In this document: positions 26,301-32,000 of the stretch, piece after piece
How the letters are laid out: the number at the start of each line of letters is the position of its first letter
Numbering within the stretch: position 1 is the first letter of the stretch
Source of the DNA: Candidatus Syntropharchaeum caldarium
GTDB taxonomy: Archaea > Halobacteriota > Syntropharchaeia > Syntropharchaeales > Syntropharchaeaceae
DNA: 32,000 nucleotides
Direction of reading: 5' to 3'
Assembly (NCBI GenBank): GCA_001766815.1
Contig: LYOS01000002.1
Location: 60,001 to 92,000 of the forward strand
Notes under the pieces: generated by a model
Seen by the model: the letters and a program-made list of their open reading frames with translations, nothing else
Told to the model about the DNA's origin: nothing
The model's database searches: none
Program-made: the position numbers and the translations under genes

Positions 26301-29300
26301 GAACCATAAAGCAGGAGGGGGTGGCTGGAACTACATCGGCACATGGAACTTCTCTGCTGGAACATCAGGTTACGTTGTGCTCAGTGATGATGCCGATGGA
26401 ATTGTAATGGCTGATGCCATCAGATTTGTTAAAGGCGGGAATGCCACGTACGCACCCAATATCATCGGTGATAATACAAGCTATGGGTTCTATGCAACAG
26501 GTCATGGTCGAAGCGGTGTTGTGGATTGCCTGTCCTGTCATGATTCAGATAAAACCCATATCGATGGAATTCAGCGAACGTATGAAGCAAATGAGACAAC
26601 AGGTGATGCGATCACACCCTACAATAACAGCTACCGTTTAAAGGATCTTGATGGGTTGCCAGCGATGGTAATGCCAAGAAAAACAACATCCACATTTAAT
26701 ATGCAGGCCTACTGGCGGGATTTTAACCTCTGTTTTGACTGTCACAACAGGTTTGAGGTGCTGGGTGAAACATCATCGGATATCAGTAACACCAACTTCT
26801 GGAATAATGATTCAAGTATCTCAAACTCACACTGGCTCCATCTCGGGATAGATAGCAAGCACTTTGACTCTGATTATGACAGTTCTGCAGACTCACGTGA
26901 GAGCTGCATCGCATGCCACAACGTACACGGTTCGCCAACAGGACCGATGATAAGACATGGAGAACTTATAAGCTATCCAAGTACAGCGAACAAGGAGCCT
27001 GCGCATAATTTCTACTATCTTCTCCCTGGAGATGGTTCAGCCACTGCCAGGTTTACACCCACACTTGCAGGCGGAACATATGATATCTATGCATGGTGGA
27101 GCTCGCACTCAAACCGTGCGACAAATGCAAAGTATATAATATACCATGATGGTGGTAGCGCTGAGGTAATCGTCAATCAGGAGGAGAACGGCTCACAGTG
27201 GAACCTCCTTGGCGAGTACAATATTACAACTTCAAACGGCACGGTCGTTCTGACATCAGATGGCGCCAACGAGTACATCATGGCAGACGGAATCCAGTGG
27301 AACAGAACAGATGGCGGAGATACTGTCTATGTTGATGAACCTGATGCCACCTATACTGGAAGCTGGACTGTGGAGACCTCAAACCCAGACAAATATTACG
27401 GAGATAGCACGAGATACTACTATGCACCCATCAGGAATGCGACTGCAAACGTGAATAAGAGTACTGGCGGCACCTTCTATGTAAGCGGTGTAATCACTGC
27501 AAATCATCTCTGTCAGATGTGTCATAGCAACGTCCAGTACAACAGAGACCCGTATACCGGACCAAGAGTTCCATACAGTGATGCAACCCCTGATAACATC
27601 TCAAACTTTGAGAGTAACACTGTAACATTCACGGCTTTCGTTACCGATGTGGATGAGAACATAGCAAATGTTACCATCGATCTCTCAAGTTTTGGTGGTA
27701 ACGTTAGCCAGAGGATGTACGATGACGGAACCCACGGTGATACCAAGGCAAATGATGGTGTGTATAGCTACCAGTTCACAGTGCCTGCAGGTGTTGATGA
27801 TGGTCCAAGGAGTATCACAGTCACCGCAACAGACGATGATGGTAATAGCGGTGAAGGTCTGATCGATCTTACCGTCTATCAGCCAGGCGCACTGATCATC
27901 GATGATGAAGATGCAAGCTTCACCGGAACATGGGGAGAATCCACGGCAGACGAGACGACGTATGGAACAGGATACCGCTGGCATGCTTCAGGCACCGGGA
28001 GCAATACAGCAACGTGGAGTGTCAACATCACAACCGCCGGTAACTACACCGTCTACGCACGATGGGTTACAGGAAGCAACCGTGCTACAGATGCACCCTA
28101 CACGATTAACTATGAAGGAGGCAACGAAACAGTAAGGGTTTCACAGCGGATAAAAGGAGGAAAGTGGAACCGTCTTGGCAACTACTACTTTGACGTCGGC
28201 GAGTACTCGGTCGTTCTCACAGATGATGCTGATAACTACGTTATAGCTGATGCGATAAAGCTTGAATCTGAAGCCCCTCCAGCTTACCACCCATGGCCAA
28301 TCGCCGACAATCCCGATGCTGAATACAACGGAACAGGATGGTATACTGGAACAGCCGATAGCGGTTATTATGGCTCAGACTTCTACTACCATGCCTCAGG
28401 CACAGGAGAAAATACCGCAACATGGACACTCGCAGTTCCAGAAGCTGGAAAGTACGATGTGTACGCATGGTGGGCAGACGGCTCAAACCGTGCAACCAAT
28501 GCACCCTATATGATTAACTACGAAGGAGGCAGTGAAACAGTAAGGGTTTCACAGAAAATAAATGGAGGAAAGTGGAACCTGCTTGGGACATATTCATTCA
28601 ATGCAGGTAACTATTCAATAGTACTCAGTGACGATGCAGATGGATTCATCATTGCCGATGCAGTGAAGTTTGAGCTTAACCAATCTGTATGGCTCACCCC
28701 TTCCTCAATCCAGTGCACAAACCTCACCAACGCTTCACTCCTGATCGATAACAGCACATCAACTGCCAACGCGCTTGATACCGGAGATGAACAGTATGTG
28801 GTCTTTGATCTTGGTGCAAGATACACCGTTCCATCGATCAAGATGTACACTGATGGTAGCGGCAACTACACATGGGATGTCTATATGGGGGATAACATAT
28901 CTGATCCTGCCTGTTGCAACCATTCAAGCTGGGGCACGCCTGTCCTTGAGAACTGGACTCCCTCTACTTCGGGGTGGAACGAGGTCAACCTGACAACACC
29001 CGCCACAGCGAGATACATAAAGCTCATGCGAAACGATACAGGTGATGATCTTGCCGCAGACAGCCTCTATGAGTTCATGTTCGACCCACCAACGGCAACG
29101 CTCACCTTTGAACTCCACTCATACGCTGATATGCATATCTATGACCCGGAGGATCGCCATCTCGGGATGAACTACACGACAGGCGAGATCGAGAACCAAA
29201 TTCCCGGAGCAGTATATGACTTCGGTGATGTCCAGACTGCTACCCTGCCAAAGCTTGCAGTGGGGGAGTACAGGGTGATACTCAAAGGAACGGGGACAGG

Positions 29301-30258
29301 TGGATATGAACTGACCGTCACGGGCGAGGATGATGATGGTGTACTCACCAGTGAGACCGTTGCTGGAAATATCACAGCAGGTGAGATCCATGATGCAACC
29401 GCAGCGGTTAACACCACAGACATCACAAACATCACGATAGCACTCGAAGATGAGCCAGAGCCAACGATCAATGCAGACGGAGTTGATAATGTCACACTCG
29501 CTGATCTCTATCCTGATATCGATGAGGTTGATATCGACCCCCTCGATCCTGAGACGATCGATACCACAGGGATGCCAGATATTGCCATTCACACCGCCTA
29601 CATGGTCAACGCCTCAGGAGATGGTGAGTACACACTGAGGTTTGAGGATGTGGAGAACGCTGAGCTTATCACTGCAGTCTATAAGATCAATGAAGAGGGT
29701 GAATGGATCGAGCTTCCAGCAGTGATCAATGGATCGAGAGTTGAGGTTACGATGGAAGCAGGTGATCCACCGGTTATTTTTGCATATCCAGCACCAGAAA
29801 CACCGACTACAGATGACACAAACACCGCATCAACAGGTGGTAGTGGTGGTGGGGGCGGCGGAGGTGCAGGCCCGAAGGACTCAGATGGTGATGGTGTACC
29901 CGATCGTCAGGAGCAGCTTGATGGGACAGATCCTCTCAACCCTGATACAGATCATGATGGACTGAACGACTTTGAGGAGCGTGTGGCAGGAACAGACCCG
30001 AACAATCCTGATACCGATGGTGACGGAATAATCGATGGTGAAGATCCGGATCCAGCGATTATGAACTTCACACAGAAGGTGAAGAAGACCTTCTCTGATA
30101 TTTCAGATACCATCTTTAGATCGGGTTCAGAGAATGCGCCGGTACCATCTTCAGAGAGCGGTGCAGAAGAGAAGACGCCAGGGTTTGGAAGCTTTGCCTG
30201 GATCGTAGCAGTTCTTGCTATGGGGTATCTGGTAAGAAGGGAAAAAGTTGAAAAATAG
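23356..30258 (+). CDS. Giant (2300 aa) secreted, PGF-CTERM-anchored multihaem cytochrome with interleaved beta-sandwich binding modules
   Basis: SD AGGGGGG lies 5 nt upstream. Signal peptide [26 protein letters not shown]. There are 17 CxxCH, 2 CX4CH and 1 CX8CH between nt 23503 and 27525. Discoidin-like, golvesin-C-like and Ig-like domains, TSP type-3 repeats and a PGF-CTERM follow; see the sub-features. Confidence 0.9.
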   Translation: MNEGMKKVKIFILVLLMIASPFSMLTAGAAIDGSKHDFTFESELTPNGACSACHEWRTMTWARNLSEEEAYFNQTEDPNYVHDPTIKCYDCHSGTAADNDPSYTLFINTTLGRYIPQDVAFDANMKGNDLSYDSSPSDDETGYYESSTSGHYIKTNATGLTNIEPGDKLPCTDCHEPHETEPTNEVFIKGSSEYPLGGKVVSNLKASTNTRSGTGTGREICAVCHGYSDSGIAVRFVDVNPLYGSTDRIVQTPSTVSQHAENDSTPCTDCHSHSTPASYFVGISSHNTHLTAEFGPKISSCTGADGCHSEGNFSRFNDNLTLSATHACDNCHSPNGTYNGVTLAKASWEEGVYNGTDLKSSKEKWCASCHDKEPASSMGNGSGINAPNIVGMNLSGSWQSPVAIITNQTENVSDATNLLDGDVETGASVSGASQIVFDLGESTEVSHIRLYTSASSTVKWEVYGSNDLSNWTRILYGQDVIFSAPAWLTGEDEGWDESRVDRIIPVRYIKLYKRSPWPVGSGSQREFEYKADIRYGYYTTGHKIACTNCHNRSSAHIDGTSQTYNTTLDNYQTGFRLKYLEVENETVPSLEIPRVDCNWGDYPKTSNDFALCFSCHNKYNLLGDASGTGDYHKDPPQTNFRNNTTNAHLIHLQGRGYCGNNPDWDSDWNGTADSPQSCTACHNVHGSPAPAMTRHGELVSINDTLEKAPLLNLKYINADGELDHNLSDATQSIGGRTQFYGAGPGNVAKNKVCNMCHNDQITYYRTPVPPTVTCGNGSGTGGCHSPTAYSSSAAGSHNTHLTAPRGPNITSCTGADGCHKGNHTGLFNDGLPLSTTHRCDNCHSPNGTYDGVNDSTIGAKPNWENGVYNNSTTLKSGKEKWCAGCHDDEPAYSKAEYSEVIVDNTEASFAGSWSTSSHSTDYGSNYRYNGAGSGTETATWTPNLPESGNYSVYAWWPIYVSGRATNAPYTVYYSSGSETVRVNHKAGGGGWNYIGTWNFSAGTSGYVVLSDDADGIVMADAIRFVKGGNATYAPNIIGDNTSYGFYATGHGRSGVVDCLSCHDSDKTHIDGIQRTYEANETTGDAITPYNNSYRLKDLDGLPAMVMPRKTTSTFNMQAYWRDFNLCFDCHNRFEVLGETSSDISNTNFWNNDSSISNSHWLHLGIDSKHFDSDYDSSADSRESCIACHNVHGSPTGPMIRHGELISYPSTANKEPAHNFYYLLPGDGSATARFTPTLAGGTYDIYAWWSSHSNRATNAKYIIYHDGGSAEVIVNQEENGSQWNLLGEYNITTSNGTVVLTSDGANEYIMADGIQWNRTDGGDTVYVDEPDATYTGSWTVETSNPDKYYGDSTRYYYAPIRNATANVNKSTGGTFYVSGVITANHLCQMCHSNVQYNRDPYTGPRVPYSDATPDNISNFESNTVTFTAFVTDVDENIANVTIDLSSFGGNVSQRMYDDGTHGDTKANDGVYSYQFTVPAGVDDGPRSITVTATDDDGNSGEGLIDLTVYQPGALIIDDEDASFTGTWGESTADETTYGTGYRWHASGTGSNTATWSVNITTAGNYTVYARWVTGSNRATDAPYTINYEGGNETVRVSQRIKGGKWNRLGNYYFDVGEYSVVLTDDADNYVIADAIKLESEAPPAYHPWPIADNPDAEYNGTGWYTGTADSGYYGSDFYYHASGTGENTATWTLAVPEAGKYDVYAWWADGSNRATNAPYMINYEGGSETVRVSQKINGGKWNLLGTYSFNAGNYSIVLSDDADGFIIADAVKFELNQSVWLTPSSIQCTNLTNASLLIDNSTSTANALDTGDEQYVVFDLGARYTVPSIKMYTDGSGNYTWDVYMGDNISDPACCNHSSWGTPVLENWTPSTSGWNEVNLTTPATARYIKLMRNDTGDDLAADSLYEFMFDPPTATLTFELHSYADMHIYDPEDRHLGMNYTTGEIENQIPGAVYDFGDVQTATLPKLAVGEYRVILKGTGTGGYELTVTGEDDDGVLTSETVAGNITAGEIHDATAAVNTTDITNITIALEDEPEPTINADGVDNVTLADLYPDIDEVDIDPLDPETIDTTGMPDIAIHTAYMVNASGDGEYTLRFEDVENAELITAVYKINEEGEWIELPAVINGSRVEVTMEAGDPPVIFAYPAPETPTTDDTNTASTGGSGGGGGGGAGPKDSDGDGVPDRQEQLDGTDPLNPDTDHDGLNDFEERVAGTDPNNPDTDGDGIIDGEDPDPAIMNFTQKVKKTFSDISDTIFRSGSENAPVPSSESGAEEKTPGFGSFAWIVAVLAMGYLVRREKVEK
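24204..25626 (+). repeat. Haem supermodule 1 (internal duplication unit)
   Basis: Ordered motifs: [53 protein letters not shown], [discoidin-like insert], [55 protein letters not shown]. Confidence 0.75.
24544..24942 (+). other. Discoidin / F5-8 type C-like domain A
   Basis: [56 protein letters not shown] shows the typical DG...T.W...(I/V).(F/V)DLG....(I/V)..(I/V).(L/M)Y pattern of discoidin/CBM32-like modules. Confidence 0.55.
26050..26436 (+). repeat. Golvesin-C/Xly-CBD-like domain copy G1
   Basis: [116 protein letters not shown]. Confidence 0.6.
27004..27452 (+). repeat. Golvesin-like copy G2 (N-terminally shortened) plus a trailing N-terminal half-copy
   Basis: G2 reads [89 protein letters not shown]. 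It is followed by [34 protein letters not shown] (27322-27452), which has only the first strands. Confidence 0.5.
27592..27882 (+). other. Ig-like beta-sandwich domain
   Basis: [84 protein letters not shown]. It appears homologous to the N-terminal visible part of the dockerin protein at 31805-32000. Confidence 0.5.
27889..28266 (+). repeat. Golvesin-C/Xly-CBD-like domain copy G3
   Basis: [120 protein letters not shown]. Confidence 0.6.
28291..28675 (+). repeat. Golvesin-C/Xly-CBD-like domain copy G4
   Basis: Same pattern as G3. It shares perfect nucleotide runs with G3 at a 408-nt offset (gaaacagtaagggtttcacag at 28126-28146 vs 28534-28554, and ggaggaaagtggaacc). Confidence 0.6.
28690..29085 (+). 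other. Discoidin / F5-8 type C-like domain B
   Basis: [71 protein letters not shown] parallels domain A. Confidence 0.5.
29878..30054 (+). repeat. Thrombospondin type-3-like Ca-binding repeats
   Basis: [59 protein letters not shown], preceded by a Gly-rich linker [12 protein letters not shown] (29836-29871). Confidence 0.7.
30178..30255 (+). other. PGF-CTERM archaeosortase sorting signal
   Basis: The C-terminal ..[30 protein letters not shown] consists of a PGF motif, a hydrophobic helix and a basic tail, at the extreme C-terminus. Confidence 0.8.
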
Positions 30259-30279
30259 AAAAGGCTGGATTCACTTAAA

Positions 30280-31590
30280 TTAAAATATCTGCTGTGGAGG
30301 AGTGTTAGCTCCTCCCGGTGTTGTATTCTCAAAGATTGCAAAGTCGTTGCTATCAACGTCTGTATCCATGCCATCGGGGTATCTGCCTGCAGACGCACCA
30401 TCTTCTGGTGCCTCAGCATTGTCTGAAACGTCGCCATCATCGAAGTCACCGTATGTAACTCTATCGATCACATTCCCGCCATTTTTCAGGATGATGGTAT
30501 CTCCGCCATTGTTGAGTCCGAACGAGAAATCAGTGGACTTGTTCAGCAGCAAGAACCCATTTGCAGGTATTGTTTTTCCGTTTAGACTTGCAGGTGAAGC
30601 AGTGTTATCCTCGATCGTCCAGTCATCAAGCGAAATATCCTCGTCCATCAGGTTGTAGAGTTCGATCCATTCTGAATCACCTGGTAAAGGATCTGAAAGA
30701 AACTCATTCACAACAACCTTCGGGACAGCATCACCCGCTTCGATCGTAAATGTCCCATCAACCACCCTATGTGTGATCTCATCCACACCGTCTGTGAGTG
30801 ATATAACCGTAAGATCGAGTGGGCTTGTGTCACCAATAGCCCCAACTGCTTCAAAGGTAATCTGAGCAAAGACCACATCGCCTGTAAGGCTCGTTGGGAA
30901 GTTGAGGGCTGTGTACTGGATAGATCCAGCGCTGTTGTTGATATCTCTATATAGCGGGAAGTTGAACTCGCCATCGGCAACATCAAGCACCTGCACGACA
31001 TCTGGGTCGAAGTTCAGGATGATGTTTGCTCCCAGTCCCTGGTAGAGGTTCTCGATCATGATCGGAACTGTGGTAGTCTCACCTGCTTCACAGCTTAGAT
31101 TCTCTATCGATACGATCGTATCAAGCACGGTAAATGTCCCGTCAACCACTGTATGCGTGATCTCATCCATGCCGTCTGTGAGTGATGTAACCGTAAGATC
31201 GAGCGGGCTTGTGTCACCACCCTCACCAACTGCCTCAAAAGTTACCTCTGCAAAGACCACATCGCCTGTAAGGCTCGTTGGGAAGTTGAATGCCGCGTAC
31301 TGCACATATCCTGCCTCATTATCGATCTGGCTATAAACCGGGAAGTTGAAATCACTTCCATCTATATCAAGCACCTGCACGACATCTGGGTCGAAGTTCA
31401 GGATGATATTTGCTCCCAGTCCGCCATCAAGATTCTTGATTATGATTGGAACGGTCACACTCTCGCCTTTGCCAGCAGCCACATCCTCGATCGAGATGAC
31501 CGTCTCTTCGTTTGCAGCTGCTGTAATTACAAGAGCTGATGCTACAATGAGTATGGCAACCACAGATGCAGCCAGTTTATGCCTCATCAT
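30280..31590 (-). CDS. Secreted scaffold-like protein: 2 tandem cohesin-like domains + lamin-tail domain (LTD)
   Basis: 436-aa ORF with signal/TM MMRHKLAASVVAILIVASALVITAAA. Two 128-aa cohesin-like repeats (..VTVPIIIKNLDGGLGANIILNFDPDVVQVLDI..GDVVFAEVTFEAVGEGGDTSPLDLTV..). The C-terminal LTD reads VVVNEFLSDPLPGDSEWIELYN..DISLDDWTIED....GFLLL......GLNNGGDTIILKNGGNVIDRVTYGD. Confidence 0.8.
   Translation of the reverse strand: MMRHKLAASVVAILIVASALVITAAANEETVISIEDVAAGKGESVTVPIIIKNLDGGLGANIILNFDPDVVQVLDIDGSDFNFPVYSQIDNEAGYVQYAAFNFPTSLTGDVVFAEVTFEAVGEGGDTSPLDLTVTSLTDGMDEITHTVVDGTFTVLDTIVSIENLSCEAGETTTVPIMIENLYQGLGANIILNFDPDVVQVLDVADGEFNFPLYRDINNSAGSIQYTALNFPTSLTGDVVFAQITFEAVGAIGDTSPLDLTVISLTDGVDEITHRVVDGTFTIEAGDAVPKVVVNEFLSDPLPGDSEWIELYNLMDEDISLDDWTIEDNTASPASLNGKTIPANGFLLLNKSTDFSFGLNNGGDTIILKNGGNVIDRVTYGDFDDGDVSDNAEAPEDGASAGRYPDGMDTDVDSNDFAIFENTTPGGANTPPQQIF
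30736..31503 (-). repeat. Tandem cohesin-module duplication (2 x 384 nt)
   Basis: Perfect 40-nt (30866-30905 = 31250-31289) and 42-nt (30982-31023 = 31366-31407) matches at an exact 384-nt offset. Confidence 0.85.
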
Positions 31591-31601
31591 GGTAAACCAC
31601 C

Positions 31602-32000
31602 TCAGCGAAGCAGTTCATAGCCAGCAATCCCGTTAATATGTGATGCCAGATAGACCGCATCGAGCAGGTTGACAACACCGCTGCCATCAACGTCTGCAAT
31701 TCTCTCGTTCAGGTCATATCCAGGGACCCCGAGTGCATAGCATCCAAGATACACAACGTCATCCTCATCCACATCACCATCATCATCGACATCGCCGTTC
31801 TTTTTCACAGTGAGCTCAACACTGACCGATGTCTCTGAGAGACCGGGTGCATTTGTTGCGTTGACTGGCAGGAGATACGTACCTGGTGTGGTTCCATCAC
31901 TTGCATTTGTTACAATTGTGTAAACACCTCCGCCAGTATCAGTCATCACTGCTTCACTATCTCCACCTATCTGAGATAGATCGATCGTAACCGAATCGAT
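31602..32000 (-). CDS. Dockerin-bearing surface protein, 5'-truncated by the window edge
   Basis: The frame is open to nt 32000 with no stop upstream of the tracked GTG 31949. The C-terminal type-I-like dockerin has two Ca-binding segments, NGDVDDDGDVDEDDVVYLGCYALG and IADVDGSGVVNLLDAVYLASHING (about 31605-31802). It is preceded by an Ig-like domain, VTIDLSQIGGDSEAVMTDTGGGVYTIV... Confidence 0.75.
   Translation of the reverse strand: MDSVTIDLSQIGGDSEAVMTDTGGGVYTIVTNASDGTTPGTYLLPVNATNAPGLSETSVSVELTVKKNGDVDDDGDVDEDDVVYLGCYALGVPGYDLNERIADVDGSGVVNLLDAVYLASHINGIAGYELLR

Larger units (their letters stand above)
25738..27525 (+). repeat. Haem supermodule 2 (internal duplication unit)
   Basis: The same ordered motifs recur: [53 protein letters not shown], [golvesin-like insert], [50 protein letters not shown], [golvesin-like insert], CQMCH. 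Confidence 0.75.

Noticed and set aside
26050-28675. Regularly spaced repeats (408-nt period, and the 384-nt period at 30736-31503) as a possible CRISPR array or non-coding tandem repeat.
   Set aside because: The periods are multiples of 3, lie inside long intact ORFs, and correspond to protein-domain duplications. There is no short repeat/spacer organisation.
29836-29871. The G-rich tract encoding [12 protein letters not shown] might be a slippage or phase-variation site.
   Set aside because: The codons are mixed (ggt ggt agt ggt ggt ggg ggc ggc gga ggt) and the longest homopolymer is about 5 G. It looks like an ordinary flexible linker.
29878-30054. The D-x-D-x-DG repeats at the C-terminus of the giant cytochrome might be a dockerin that plugs into the neighbouring cohesins.
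   Set aside because: The spacing and the GTDP.NPDTD motif fit thrombospondin type-3 repeats. They do not fit the two-segment dockerin pattern with hydrophobic helices that is seen in the 31605-31802 dockerin.

Overview
Archaeal chromosomal segment. Evidence for an archaeal origin: a group II chaperonin, an initiator tRNA with an A1:U72 pair, TATA-type promoters about 26 nt upstream of start sites, ether-lipid genes, methanogenesis-marker genes and a PGF-CTERM sorting signal. By inference it comes from a Methanosarcinales-type, ANME-2/Methanoperedens-like methane-metabolising archaeon; I cannot confirm taxonomy without a search. Layout: (1) 1-8.2 kb is housekeeping: ABC ATPase, HEAT-repeat protein, thermosome, an unusual Rad51N-HhH::MCM-type AAA+ protein, and a minus-strand lipid string (initiator tRNA, ferredoxin, geranylgeranyl reductase, class II HMG-CoA reductase). 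(2) 8.3-9.35 kb is a thioredoxin::CcdA fusion for cytochrome c maturation. (3) 9.35-11.5 kb is a small AT-richer accessory islet of co-oriented mini-cassettes (hicA-like pseudogene, RHH-PIN toxin-antitoxin pair, small membrane protein, truncated SdpI-like gene) separated by three related repeats, each bounded by ATAAC...GTTAT. (4) 11.5-14.2 kb holds CobY, an MtaA/URO-D-family methyltransferase and a membrane protein. (5) 14.4-23.3 kb has two inverted paralogous small multihaem cytochrome genes bracketing a tight 7-gene minus-strand operon (two tandem-NBD ABC ATPases including a component-A2/AtwA type, a McrC/Mmp7-family protein, three poorly assignable marker-like proteins, RibC). (6) 22.6-32.0 kb is the most striking part. 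A pentahaem cytochrome is apparently co-transcribed with a 2300-aa surface cytochrome carrying 20 putative haem-binding sites interleaved with carbohydrate-binding-like beta-sandwich modules. That protein ends in thrombospondin-type-3 repeats and a PGF-CTERM anchor. Convergent to it lie a 2x cohesin + lamin-tail-domain scaffold gene and a dockerin-bearing gene cut by the window edge. I saw no CRISPR array, rRNA or transposase. All domain calls come from motif recognition by eye and need profile searches.
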